Part shown: in pieces, positions 41,276 through 50,868 of the stretch | Position numbering within the stretch: the stretch's first letter is position 1 | Layout of the letters: each line of letters opens with the position of its first letter | Assembly (NCBI GenBank): GCA_963826115.1 | Contig: CAWGVS010000006.1 | Span: 544,001-608,000, forward strand | DNA: 64,000 nucleotides | Source of the DNA: an uncultured Candidatus Rokubacteria bacterium | Lineage (GTDB): Bacteria > Methylomirabilota > Methylomirabilia > Rokubacteriales > DASRDR01 | Direction of reading: 5' to 3' | Notes under the pieces: generated by a model | The model's database searches: none | What the model was told of the DNA's origin: nothing | The model's input: only the letters and a program-made list of their open reading frames with translations | Made by a program: the position numbers and the translations under genes

Positions 41276-42565
41276 CTACTTCACCAGCCCGAAGCTCCTC
41301 GGCAGCCACCAGTAGATCTCGGGGAAGTAGGTCGTGATCGCCAGCACGACCAGCATGCAGGCGAGCAGCGGCAGGAGCGGCGGGAGAAGCTTGTCCATCG
41401 ACACGCGCCCGACCTTCACGGCGACGAACAGGGCCGTGCCCACCGGCGGGGTGGTCAGGCCGTAGGCCAGGTTGACGACCATGATCAGGCCGAGGTGCAC
41501 GAGGTCGATCCCGAACTTCTGCGACACCGGAATGAGGATCGGCACCAGCATGATCAGGGCCGGCGTCATGTCGACGAACATCCCGACCACCATCAAGAAG
41601 ACATTCAGGGTCAGGAGGAACAGCCACTTGCTGGCGATCAGGTCGAAGAAGTTGTCGGCCAGCATGCGCGGCAGGTTCTCGTAGGTCAGGATCCACGAGA
41701 ACACGGAGCAGGTGGCGATCAGCAGCATCACCACGGCGTTGGTCAGGCAGCACTGCCAGATGATCTCGGGCAGGTCGCGCCACTTGATCTCCTTGTACAC
41801 GAGAACCGTGAGCGCGAGCGCGTACACGCACGCGGCCGCGCCCGCCTCGGTCGCCGTGAACACGCCGGTGATGATGCCGCCCAGGATGATCACCATCGTG
41901 AAGACGCCGGCCAGGCCGTCCAGGACGCGCCGGACCTTCTCGCGCCGCGGTAGCCGGGGGAGGACCTTCTGGTGGTACAGCTTCCCGTGGACGAAGCTCG
42001 CGCCCATCAGCGACAGGCCGATCATGACGCCCGGGATGATGCCGGCCACGAACAGGGCCGCGATCGACACGGAGCCCGCGACGTGCGCGAAGATGATCAT
42101 GCCGATCGACGGCGGGATGATCGGGCCCATCGTCGCGGCGGTCAGCACGATGGCGGTGGCGAAGCGTCGCGAGTAGCCGTCCTTCACCATGGCCGGGATC
42201 ATCATGCTGCCGATGGACGACACCTCGGCGACCGCCGAGCCGGTCACGCCGCCGAAGAACATCGAGGCGACGCACACGATCTGGGCGAGGCTGCCCGGCA
42301 GCCACCCGACGAGCACCTCGGCCATGCGCACGAGCCGCATGGCCACCCCGCCCCGCGCCATCAGCGTGCCCGCGAACACGAAGAAGATCACCGCTAGCAG
42401 CGGGAACGTGTTGATGGCCGTGAGCATGCGCTGGACGATCGTGGCGTTGTCGACGCCGGGCAGAAGCAGCGTCGCCACCACCGAGGAGACGCCCACGGCG
42501 AACGAGATGGGGACGCCGACCGCCATCAGCGCCACGAAGACCAGGCCTAGGATGGTGAGCGTCAT
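41276..42565 (-). CDS. dctM: TRAP transporter large permease
   Basis: FPLLAV, FGGVTGSAVAE, GPIIPPSI, FTATEA, TTPPVG. Confidence 0.93.
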   Translation of the reverse strand: MTLTILGLVFVALMAVGVPISFAVGVSSVVATLLLPGVDNATIVQRMLTAINTFPLLAVIFFVFAGTLMARGGVAMRLVRMAEVLVGWLPGSLAQIVCVASMFFGGVTGSAVAEVSSIGSMMIPAMVKDGYSRRFATAIVLTAATMGPIIPPSIGMIIFAHVAGSVSIAALFVAGIIPGVMIGLSLMGASFVHGKLYHQKVLPRLPRREKVRRVLDGLAGVFTMVIILGGIITGVFTATEAGAAACVYALALTVLVYKEIKWRDLPEIIWQCCLTNAVVMLLIATCSVFSWILTYENLPRMLADNFFDLIASKWLFLLTLNVFLMVVGMFVDMTPALIMLVPILIPVSQKFGIDLVHLGLIMVVNLAYGLTTPPVGTALFVAVKVGRVSMDKLLPPLLPLLACMLVVLAITTYFPEIYWWLPRSFGLVK

Positions 42566-42568
42566 GCG

Positions 42569-43075
42569 TCAGTCCACCGACTGGCCGACCTGGGACTCGT
42601 GCTGGCCCCGCAGGGCGTCGATCGTGGCCTTCAGCGCGAACAGCATGAGCAGCGCGCCGGACACCGGCATCGCCACGTAGTACCAGTAGTTCTTGAACGG
42701 AATCGTCTCCATCAGGTCGCCGCCGAACTCCTGGACGAAGACGACGCCGTAGCGGAGCACGATCCACCCGAAGCCGAGGATCAGGAGGCCGATGAACCCG
42801 CCGAGGCCGCGGCGGACGCGGGTGGGCAGCGCGTTGAAGAGGATGTCGAAGCCGACGTGCTCCCGCTTGGCCACGCAGGCGGCGGCGCCGAGGAAGGAGA
42901 TCCAGATCAGGAGGTAGCGGGGCACCTCCTCGGTCCAGGAGACGGCCTGGCCGAAGACGTAGCGGGCCACGACCGCCGCGACGACGATGACGAAGAGCGC
43001 CGTCGCCAGCGCGATGCAAACGAGGCGCACCGCCGCCAGAGCCCATGCGACCGCGAGATCGAGCAGGTGGAGCAC
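42569..43075 (-). CDS. dctQ: TRAP transporter small permease
   Basis: RYVF, WTEEVPRY, EHVGFD; four TM helices. Confidence 0.88.
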   Translation of the reverse strand: MLHLLDLAVAWALAAVRLVCIALATALFVIVVAAVVARYVFGQAVSWTEEVPRYLLIWISFLGAAACVAKREHVGFDILFNALPTRVRRGLGGFIGLLILGFGWIVLRYGVVFVQEFGGDLMETIPFKNYWYYVAMPVSGALLMLFALKATIDALRGQHESQVGQSVD

Positions 43076-43093
43076 GTCCCCTCCGGGCGGGCG

Positions 43094-43126
43094 CCGCGAG
43101 GAACGGGGGTCGCCCGTTCCTCGCGG
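43094..43126. terminator. 14-bp stem-loop between dctP and dctQ
   Basis: CCGCGAGGAACGGG / CCCGTTCCTCGCGG. Confidence 0.6.
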
Positions 43127-43139
43127 GCAGGCGGGGCGA

Positions 43140-44120
43140 TCAGAACTTCTTGCCGGAGTCGAGGATGAAGTCGATCGTCTTCTCGACGTTCAGGCGCTTG
43201 GCCTCGGCCGTCACGAGCGGCTTGACGGCGTCCATGAAGGGCTGCTTGTCCACCTCGATGATCTGGGTGAACTTGCTCTTCAGCTCGCCGAGGTCCTTGT
43301 TCTCGGAAACCTTCCAGGCGCCGCGCATGTAGCCCTGGGCCAGCGCCCCGGCCTGGACGACCGCGGCCTTCTGCTGGTCGTTGAGCTGGTTGTAGAGCTT
43401 CATGGACATGACGATCAGGTCCGGGATCCGCATGTGCTCGTCCAGGGTGTAGTACTTCGTGACCTCGTAGAACTTCTTGGTCACGACCGAGGGGTGGTTG
43501 TTCTCGGCGCCGTCCACCACGCCGGTCTGCAGCGCCGTGTAGAGCTCGGCCCACGCGACCGGCACCCCGGTGGCCCCCATCGCCTCCATGGTCTTCACCA
43601 TCACCGGCGAGGCCATGACGCGGATCTTCTGTCCCTTGAGGTCGGCGGGGGTCTTCACCGGCTTCTGGGTGAAGAAGTTGCGCGAGCCCGAGTCGATGTA
43701 GCCGATCTTCTTCAGCCCCTTCTCCTCGAGCGATTTGACGAACGCCTCTGCCTCCGGCTGCGCCAGGAACCACCAGAAGTGCTTCTCGTTCTTGAAAATG
43801 AACGGGAGCGAGAACATGTCCATCGCCGGGACGACCTGGTTCAGGTTCGACGCCGACACGGTCGTGAAGCCGATCGTCCCGTTCCGCACGCTCTGCACGT
43901 TCGCCACCGCGTCGCCCAGCTGCGTGTTGGCGTAGGTCTCGACCTTCACGGTGCCCTTGGTCAGCGTCTCGACCTGCTCGGCGAAATACCGCTCGGCGAG
44001 CGTGGACGGGTGGTCGAGCGGCTGGATGCCGGAGTACTTCGTGACGATCTGGGCGCTCGCCGGCAGCGCGACCAGGGCCACGGCGAGTGCAAGTGCTGCG
44101 TACGCCAAGCCTCTCTTCAT
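43140..44120 (-). CDS. dctP: TRAP transporter substrate-binding protein
   Basis: Signal peptide, QLG, SLPFIF, GSRNF, DLKGQKIRV, ELYTALQTGVVDGAEN; ATG 44120. Confidence 0.93.
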   Translation of the reverse strand: MKRGLAYAALALAVALVALPASAQIVTKYSGIQPLDHPSTLAERYFAEQVETLTKGTVKVETYANTQLGDAVANVQSVRNGTIGFTTVSASNLNQVVPAMDMFSLPFIFKNEKHFWWFLAQPEAEAFVKSLEEKGLKKIGYIDSGSRNFFTQKPVKTPADLKGQKIRVMASPVMVKTMEAMGATGVPVAWAELYTALQTGVVDGAENNHPSVVTKKFYEVTKYYTLDEHMRIPDLIVMSMKLYNQLNDQQKAAVVQAGALAQGYMRGAWKVSENKDLGELKSKFTQIIEVDKQPFMDAVKPLVTAEAKRLNVEKTIDFILDSGKKF

Positions 44121-44324
44121 GCCGTACCTCCCTTCAACTGAGTCGTTTGACAGCCTCTGGCCCCGCCGGGAACGCGTTCCCCCAGGATCCGGGGCGGTCC
44201 CTGGCGCGGCTCCTAGGAAACAGCACATCGTCTCGGAAGGCAATCGATGCGCGGGGACTGCCCCGCTCGCTCGGTGCCCGCCTCGGCCGCGGCCGGATCC
44301 TGCCGCGCGCAACGCCGGCGCCAC

Positions 44325-44918
44325 TCAGCGCCCCGGCATTCCCAGCAGGGAGCGTGTGGCCATCGCCTCGCCGTAGTGCGTCCACGGGTGGGTGAGACCG
44401 AGATAGCCGAGGAAGTAGCCCCGGCTCCTGTCGGGAAGGCCGACCCAGAACTCCTCCACCCACTGGCCGGCGGGCCGGAGCGGGCGATCCTCGTCGACGA
44501 CGCGCCGGATGTAGGCCTCGTCGTGCGCGACGTCCAGGTCCTCCGGGCGCAGGGCGTTGACGAGCGCGCGGGTCCGGCGCTCGAGCGTCTCCCAGTAGGC
44601 GCGCAGGGCGGCGAGGTCGATTCGCGCCGACAGGTCGGCCACCTCCGCGGCCGTCATCCCCGTGCCGATGTCCGGCTCCGGCGCGCCGAGGCGCGGCCCC
44701 CAGCCCTCCTCGAAGAAGAGCTGCGGGCGCCGGCCGACGAAGCGGCTCACCCCGACGTCCTCGGCGCGCGCCATGTGCCAGACGATCCAGGCGACCGGGT
44801 TCACCGCCGGCGCCGGACGCTGGCGGATCTGGGCGTCGCTCGGCTCGCCGAGGAGCCGCTCGCCCACGAACTGGTGGATCGGCTCGTAGCGTCGCAGGAA
44901 GAACTGGACGGCGTCCAT
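44325..44918 (-). CDS. DinB-family protein
   Basis: NPVAWIVWHMARAED, DIGTGMT, HPWTHYGE; ATG 44918 after GGAGG. Confidence 0.82.
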   Translation of the reverse strand: MDAVQFFLRRYEPIHQFVGERLLGEPSDAQIRQRPAPAVNPVAWIVWHMARAEDVGVSRFVGRRPQLFFEEGWGPRLGAPEPDIGTGMTAAEVADLSARIDLAALRAYWETLERRTRALVNALRPEDLDVAHDEAYIRRVVDEDRPLRPAGQWVEEFWVGLPDRSRGYFLGYLGLTHPWTHYGEAMATRSLLGMPGR

Positions 44919-45033
44919 GGCGTCCTCCGGGGGGGTCTCCAGGCCAACGCGCCCATCGCTTGCCCGCTGCCGGTCGCCCGAAGATACCCAGGAAGGGGTG
45001 TCCGAAGCCAGCCCCCGCCGCCCGGGCCGTTTC

Positions 45034-45063
45034 TTGACAGCCGCGCCGGGCCGCCGATATCGT
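45034..45063 (+). promoter_or_regulatory. Sigma-70 promoter of cimA
   Basis: TTGACA-18bp-TATCGT, followed by GGGTCCC/GGGACCC hairpin in the leader. Confidence 0.5.
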
Positions 45064-45098
45064 GAGGGTCCCCTTTGCGGGACCCGGGAGGCACACCC

Positions 45099-46682
45099 AT
45101 GGCGCGCCAGGTCAAGATCTACGACACCACGCTCCGGGACGGCACCCAGGGAGAGGGCGTGTCCTTCTCCATGGAGGACAAGGTCCGCCTGGCCCAGCGT
45201 CTGGACGCGCTCGGCGTGCACTACATCGAGGGCGGCTGGCCCGGATCTAACCCGAAGGACATGCGGTTCTTCCGCCGGATCCTCGACGTCCCGCTGAAGC
45301 AAGCCCGTGTGGCCGCATTCGGCGCCACCCGCCGGGCCGGCATCCCCGCTGCGGCCGACGCGAGCCTCCAGGCCCTCGTCGAGGCGCGGACGCCGGTGGC
45401 CACGATCTTCGGGAAGTCCTGGCCGTTCCACGTCACCCACGCCCTCCAGACGACGCTGCCCGAGAACCTCCTGATGATCGCCGACTCGGTGGCCTTCCTC
45501 GTCCAGAACGTCGAGGAGGTCGTGTACGACGCCGAGCACTACTTCGACGGCTTCAAGCGCGATCGGGAGTACGCGCTCGAGACCCTCCGCGCGGCCGAGC
45601 GCGCGGGCGCGAGCTGCCTCGTGCTCTGCGACACGAACGGCGGGAGCCTGCCCTCGGAGGTCGCCGAGATCGTGCGCGAGACGCGGCGGCACGTCCGGAC
45701 CCCGCTCGGCATCCACGCCCACAATGACGGCGAGTGCGCGGTCGCGAACTCGCTGGCGGCGGTCCTCGAGGGCGCCGAGCAGGTGCAGGGGACGCTCAAC
45801 GGCTTCGGCGAGCGTTGCGGGAACGCGAACCTCGTGTCGATCATCCCGAACCTCTCGCTGAAGCTCGGGCTCCAGTCGATCCCGGAGCTCCACCTCCGCG
45901 AGATGCGGGACGTGGCGCGCTTCGCCTTCGAGCTCGCCAACCGGACGCCCTGGCAGAGCCAGCCGTTCGTCGGTGACTCGGCGTTCGCCCACAAGGCCGG
46001 GATGCACGTGTCGGCGATCCTGAAGCACCCCGAGACCTACGAGCACATCACCCCCGACCTCGTGGGCAACCACCGCCGGGTGCTGGTCTCGGAGCTCGCC
46101 GGGAAGTCGAACATCCTCTGGAAGGCGCGCGAGTACGGGATCGACCTCGAGAAGGAGACGCCGGAGACGCGCCGGATCCTCGACACGCTGAAGCGGCTCG
46201 AGGACGAGGGGTACCAGTTCGAGGGCGCCGAGGCGTCGTTCGAGCTCCTGATGGAGCGGGCCCTCGGGAACCACCGCGCGTACTTCGACCTCGACGGCTA
46301 CCGGGTGATCGTCGAGGCTCGGCGCGACGATCGGGAGCCCCTCGCCGAGGCGACGGTCAGGGTCCAGGTCAAGGGGATCTCCGAGCACACGGCCGCGACC
46401 GGGAACGGGCCGGTCAACGCGCTCGACCACGCGCTCCGGAAGGCCCTCCAGGAGTTCTACCCGAACCTCCAGGAGATGCACCTGGTCGACTACAAGGTGC
46501 GGATCCTCGACGAGACCAGCGGCACCGCGGCCAAGACGCGCGTCCTGATCACCTCCGCCGACGGCGAGGAGACCTGGGGCACCGTCGGCGTCGCCTGCAA
46601 CATCATCGACGCGTCCTGGCAGGCCCTGGTCGACTCGGTGGAGTACAAGCTCCGCCGCGACGAGCGCCGCAGTCTCCGGTAG
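45099..46682 (+). CDS. cimA: (R)-citramalate synthase
   Basis: [70 protein letters not shown]. Confidence 0.92.
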   Translation: MARQVKIYDTTLRDGTQGEGVSFSMEDKVRLAQRLDALGVHYIEGGWPGSNPKDMRFFRRILDVPLKQARVAAFGATRRAGIPAAADASLQALVEARTPVATIFGKSWPFHVTHALQTTLPENLLMIADSVAFLVQNVEEVVYDAEHYFDGFKRDREYALETLRAAERAGASCLVLCDTNGGSLPSEVAEIVRETRRHVRTPLGIHAHNDGECAVANSLAAVLEGAEQVQGTLNGFGERCGNANLVSIIPNLSLKLGLQSIPELHLREMRDVARFAFELANRTPWQSQPFVGDSAFAHKAGMHVSAILKHPETYEHITPDLVGNHRRVLVSELAGKSNILWKAREYGIDLEKETPETRRILDTLKRLEDEGYQFEGAEASFELLMERALGNHRAYFDLDGYRVIVEARRDDREPLAEATVRVQVKGISEHTAATGNGPVNALDHALRKALQEFYPNLQEMHLVDYKVRILDETSGTAAKTRVLITSADGEETWGTVGVACNIIDASWQALVDSVEYKLRRDERRSLR

Positions 46683-46699
46683 CGCCGCGAGCCCGAGGG

Positions 46700-46852
46700 A
46701 TGCTGGCGCGCCCGCGGCAGATCGTTCTGTCCCTCCTAGTCGTCGTGCCCGCCGTCCTGCTGGTCTCGGCCGACCGGGCCGGGGGCCAGTCGACGCCGCC
46801 CGCCTCGGAGCGCGACCCAAACCCGGCGACCTTGGAGGAAAGCGACCCGTGA
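46700..46852 (+). CDS. Putative 50-aa signal-peptide-bearing small ORF
   Basis: MLARPRQIVLSLLVVVPAVLLVSADRAGGQSTPP...; its TGA overlaps GTG of next gene; below ORF-track cutoff. Confidence 0.4.
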   Translation: MLARPRQIVLSLLVVVPAVLLVSADRAGGQSTPPASERDPNPATLEESDP

Positions 46853-47526
46853 GCTTCCACATCGGCTACGTGGTGTTCCCGAACCTGACGCAGCTCGACT
46901 TCACGGGGCCGCTCCAGGTGCTGAGTCGCCTGCCGGACTCGACGACGCACATCGTGGCCAAGACGCGCGCGCCGGTGCCGTCGGACACCCCGCTCGCCAT
47001 CCCGCCGACGGTGACGTTCGCGGACTGCCCGCCCCTCGACCTCCTCTGCGTGCCCGGTGGGTTCGGCGTGGACCAGGCGGTGGAGGACGAGGAGACGATC
47101 GCCTTCGTGCGCCGGGCCGCCGCGCGCGCGAGCTACGTCACGAGCGTCTGCACGGGCGCGTTCGTCCTCGGCGCGGCCGGCCTCCTCAGAGGGAAGCGCG
47201 CGACCACTCACTGGGCCTACCACCACCTCCTGCCGCGGGTGGGGGCGATCCCCGTGCACGAGCGGGTGGTCCGTGACGGCAACACGATCACCGGCGGCGG
47301 CGTCACCGCGGGCGTCGACTTCGCCTTCACGGTGATGAACGAGATCGCCGGGCCGGTCGTGACGCAGTCGGTGCAGCTCGGGATCGAGTACGATCCGAAG
47401 CCGCCCTTCGTAGGCGGGTCGCCCGGGCGCGCCCCGGCGGAGATCAAGGCGGCGGTCGACCAGCGCTACGCGCCGCGCCTCCCCGTGTTCGAGCAGATCC
47501 TCGACCGCGTCGCCGCGCGGCGCTAG
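46849..47526 (+). CDS. DJ-1/PfpI family protein (isonitrile hydratase-like)
   Basis: QLDFTGP, VPGGFG, TSVCTGA, ATTHW, TGGGVTAGVD, EYDPKPPF. Confidence 0.9.
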   Translation: MSFHIGYVVFPNLTQLDFTGPLQVLSRLPDSTTHIVAKTRAPVPSDTPLAIPPTVTFADCPPLDLLCVPGGFGVDQAVEDEETIAFVRRAAARASYVTSVCTGAFVLGAAGLLRGKRATTHWAYHHLLPRVGAIPVHERVVRDGNTITGGGVTAGVDFAFTVMNEIAGPVVTQSVQLGIEYDPKPPFVGGSPGRAPAEIKAAVDQRYAPRLPVFEQILDRVAARR

Positions 47527-47544
47527 CCCGAAGAACCTCCCGGA

Positions 47545-47576
47545 GCCCTCGACGCTCACCGGCGAGCGTCGAGGGC
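47545..47576. terminator. 13-bp stem-loop after DJ-1 gene
   Basis: GCCCTCGACGCTC / GAGCGTCGAGGGC. Confidence 0.55.
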
Positions 47577-47716
47577 CTCTCCGCCTTCACCTGGACGTCG
47601 CCCGACTGCGCCCGCAGTCCCGCGCTGTTCTTCCGCCAGTGGTTGCCCGCGTCAGGGGAGGGACTGCCATGTAAAGCATTTCCACAGCTCACTATTTGCT
47701 CCGCATCCACAGTGTT

Positions 47717-47753
47717 TTGACACGTGATCTACTAATGTGTAGAGTTCACTACA
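47717..47753 (+). promoter_or_regulatory. chr promoter with overlapping inverted-repeat operator
   Basis: TTGACA-17bp-TAGAGT; TCTAC-N6-GTAGA (47728-47743) and TGTAG-N6-CTACA (47738-47753) in an AT-rich patch. Confidence 0.72.
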
Positions 47754-47755
47754 TC

Positions 47756-48733
47756 ATGAATACCGGCACGGCCTGGCTCCAGCTGGTCACGAGCCTCCCC
47801 ACGGAGAACGCGACGGAGCGCATGCGCGTCTGGCGCGCGCTGAAGGCGACGGGGGCCGGCGTGCTGCGGGACGGCGTCTACGTCCTGCCCGAGCGCCCGG
47901 ATCTCCAGGAGGTCCTCGTGGGCCTGGCCGCGGAGATCACCGAGGCTGGCGGGAGCGCGCACCTCCTGCGCGTGGAGTCGCGTGACGCGGCCCAGACCGA
48001 CGCGCTGCGGGCCCTGGTCGACCGGACGACAGACTACGCGGCCCTCGCGGACGAGATCGGCCGCGCGCGGAAACGCTTCACGCGGCGGGACCTGGCCGCC
48101 GTCCGCCGCCAGAGCCGGACCCTTCGCCGCCAGTTCGAAGCGCTCGCCGCGATCGACTTCTTTCCTGGGGCGGCGAAGGCCCACGCCGAGGCCGCGCTCC
48201 TCGAGGTGGAGGCGGCCGCCATCGAGATCTTGAGCCCCGGCGAGCCGCAGGGGCGACGCGGGCCGGTTCTCCGGCTCGATCGCAGCCAGTACCGGCGGCG
48301 CGTCTGGGCGACCCGCAAGGCGCCGTGGGTCGACCGCTTGGCCTGCGCGTGGCTCATCAAGCGGCACATCGATCCGGCCGCGTCCTTCGTCTGGCTGGAG
48401 ACCCCGGGCGACCTGCCGACCCGCGCCGTCGGATTCGATTTCGACGGGGCGCCATTCACCCACGTCGAGTCGCGCGTGACGTTCGAGGTGTTCCTGAAGA
48501 GCTTCGACCTCGACGGTGACGACGCGCTGCGGCGACTGGGCGACCTCGTCCACTACCTCGATGTAGGGGGGATCCCGGTGGCCGACGCGGCCGGGGTGGC
48601 GACGGCCCTCACCGGAGCCAAGCACCAGAGCCGCGACGACGACCAGCTCCTGAAGCACGCGCTCGCGCTGTTCGACTGGCTCTACGCCGCGTACACGGAG
48701 GCGGAGCGTGACGCGGAAGACGGGCCGGCCTGA
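47756..48733 (+). CDS. chrB: Chromate-responsive regulator ChrB
   Basis: RMRVWRALK, LRDGVYVLP, IDFFPG, WATRKAPWVDRLACAWLIKRHID, GFDFDGAPFTH, HYLDVGG. Confidence 0.92.
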   Translation: MNTGTAWLQLVTSLPTENATERMRVWRALKATGAGVLRDGVYVLPERPDLQEVLVGLAAEITEAGGSAHLLRVESRDAAQTDALRALVDRTTDYAALADEIGRARKRFTRRDLAAVRRQSRTLRRQFEALAAIDFFPGAAKAHAEAALLEVEAAAIEILSPGEPQGRRGPVLRLDRSQYRRRVWATRKAPWVDRLACAWLIKRHIDPAASFVWLETPGDLPTRAVGFDFDGAPFTHVESRVTFEVFLKSFDLDGDDALRRLGDLVHYLDVGGIPVADAAGVATALTGAKHQSRDDDQLLKHALALFDWLYAAYTEAERDAEDGPA

Positions 48734-48739
48734 CCTAGC

Positions 48740-49720
48740 ATGCGCATCCTGTCGCGCCGCCAGGTCCTGGACCTGCTGGGCCTCCGCGAGTGCATCGCGG
48801 CGGTCGAGAGCGCCTTCCGCCTCCACGCCGAAGGTCGGACGCTCGGTCCGGGCGTGCTGGGGGTGCCCGCCCCGCGCGGCGGCTTCCACATCAAGGCGGC
48901 CGGGCTCGTCGGACCCCGCAGCTACTTCGCGGCCAAGACGAACGCGAACTTCCCGGAGAACCCGCGCCGATTCGGCGTGCCGACCATCCGCGGGACCGTC
49001 GTGCTCGCCGACGCCGAGACCGGCGAGCCCCTCGCGGTGATGGACTCCGCGAGCGTGACCGCTCTCCGGACCGGGGCGGCCACCGCCGTGGCCGCGAAGC
49101 ACCTGGCGCGGCCCGACTCGCGCGTCGCCACGCTCGTGGGGTGCGGCGCCCAGGGGGCGACGCAGCTGGCCGCCATCGCCGCCGTGCTTCCGTTGGAGCA
49201 CGCCTGGGTGCTCGACACCGACCCGGCGCGCGCCGAGGCGCTGGCCGTCCGGGCCCGGGCCGACCTCGGGATCCGCGTCTCGATCGCCACCGACCTCCGG
49301 GCCGCGCTGCGCGAGAGCGACGTGTGCGTCACCTGCACGCCGTCACGCCGTCCGCTCGTGTTCCGGGGCGACGTCGCGCCCGGGACCTTCGTCGCCGCCG
49401 CCGGGGCCGACAGCCAGGGCAAGCAGGAGCTCGAGCCGGCGCTGGTCGCGGCGTCGACGCTCGTCGTCGACGTGCTCGAGCAGTGCGCGGAGATCGGCGA
49501 GCTGCAGCACGCGCTGGCGGCGGGGCTGATGACCCGGGCGGGCGTGCACGCGGAGCTGCCGGACGTGGTCGCCGGCCGGCGGCCGGGCCGCACGCAGGAC
49601 GACGAGATCACGGTGTTCGACAGCTCGGGCACCGCGCTGCAGGACGTCGCCGCGGCCATCGTGGTCTACGAGCGGGCGCTCGCCCGTGGCTGCGGCACGG
49701 AGGTGACCCTCGATGACTGA
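48740..49720 (+). CDS. Ornithine cyclodeaminase/mu-crystallin family protein
   Basis: TALRTGAA, GCGAQG, TCTPS, GKQEL, ITVFDSSGTALQD. Confidence 0.9.
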   Translation: MRILSRRQVLDLLGLRECIAAVESAFRLHAEGRTLGPGVLGVPAPRGGFHIKAAGLVGPRSYFAAKTNANFPENPRRFGVPTIRGTVVLADAETGEPLAVMDSASVTALRTGAATAVAAKHLARPDSRVATLVGCGAQGATQLAAIAAVLPLEHAWVLDTDPARAEALAVRARADLGIRVSIATDLRAALRESDVCVTCTPSRRPLVFRGDVAPGTFVAAAGADSQGKQELEPALVAASTLVVDVLEQCAEIGELQHALAAGLMTRAGVHAELPDVVAGRRPGRTQDDEITVFDSSGTALQDVAAAIVVYERALARGCGTEVTLDD

Positions 49721-50858
49721 GCCGGAGGGCGGCATGACCCCGGCCGGGGCCCGGCCCACGACGCGCGCCCTGGTCAACTACTTCCTCTATCTCGGCAGCC
49801 TGGGATTCGGGGGGCCGGTGGCGCTGGTCGGCTACATGCAGCGGGACCTCGTCGAGCGTCGCGGGTGGTTCACGAAGGAGGAGTACATGAAGTCCCTGGC
49901 GCTCGCCCAGCTGGCGCCGGGACCGCTGGCCGCGCAGCTGGCGATCTGCCTCGGCTACGTGCACTCGCGGATCACGGGGGCGACTGTGGTGGCGCTCGCG
50001 TTCGTCCTGCCGTCGTTCGGCATGACGGTGGCGATCAGCTGGCTCTACGTCCGCTTCGGCGGGCTCACGTGGATGCAGGCCGCGTTCTACGGCGTCGGGG
50101 CGGCGGTGATCGGGATCATCGTGCTCGCCGCCTACAAGCTGGCGAAGCTCACGATCGCCAAGGATCGGCTGCAGTGGGTGATCTTCGCGGTCCTCGCGGT
50201 GTCGACGGCGTGGACCGAGTCGGAGATCCTCTGGCTCTTCCTGCTCGCGGGGGTCGTCTCGATGGTGGCGTCGGCGCCGCCGGCGTGGCTCAAGCGGTCG
50301 GCGCCGGCGTGCCTCGCGGTGGCGGCCACGCCCGAGCTGCTCGCCCAGATCCTGCTCTTCTTCGCCAAGGCCGGCGCGTTCGTGTTCGGCAGCGGGCTCG
50401 CGATCGTGCCGTTCCTCTACGGCGGGGTGGTCCAGGAGTACGGCTGGCTCAACGACAAGCAGTTCCTGGACGCCGTCGCGGTCGCCATGCTGACGCCCGG
50501 CCCGATCGTCATCACCGTGGCCTTCATCGGCTATCTCGTGGCGAGCTTTCCCGGGGCGGTCGCGGCGGCGGTCGGCGTCTTCCTTCCGGTCTACCTGTTC
50601 GTCGTGATCCCGTACCCCTTCTTCGACCGCATCAGCGCCAACGTGAAGGTCAAGGCGTTCGTGGCGGGCGTGACGGCGGCGGCCTCCGGCACCATCGCGG
50701 GCGCCTGCTTCGTCCTCGCCCGCCGCGCCATCGTCGACGTGCCCACCCTCGTGATCGCGCTCGCGGTCCTCGGCATCACGTGGCGCTTCAAGGTGCCAGA
50801 ACCCCTGCTCATCGCGGCGGGCGCCGCGGCGGGCCTCGTCATCGTGTCACTGGGATGA
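49713..50858 (+). CDS. chrA: Chromate efflux transporter ChrA
   Basis: LGFGGP, QLAPGP, FVFGSG, MLTPGP; two CHR domains. Confidence 0.93.
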   Translation: MTEPEGGMTPAGARPTTRALVNYFLYLGSLGFGGPVALVGYMQRDLVERRGWFTKEEYMKSLALAQLAPGPLAAQLAICLGYVHSRITGATVVALAFVLPSFGMTVAISWLYVRFGGLTWMQAAFYGVGAAVIGIIVLAAYKLAKLTIAKDRLQWVIFAVLAVSTAWTESEILWLFLLAGVVSMVASAPPAWLKRSAPACLAVAATPELLAQILLFFAKAGAFVFGSGLAIVPFLYGGVVQEYGWLNDKQFLDAVAVAMLTPGPIVITVAFIGYLVASFPGAVAAAVGVFLPVYLFVVIPYPFFDRISANVKVKAFVAGVTAAASGTIAGACFVLARRAIVDVPTLVIALAVLGITWRFKVPEPLLIAAGAAAGLVIVSLG

Positions 50859-50868
50859 GGAGCGTGCC

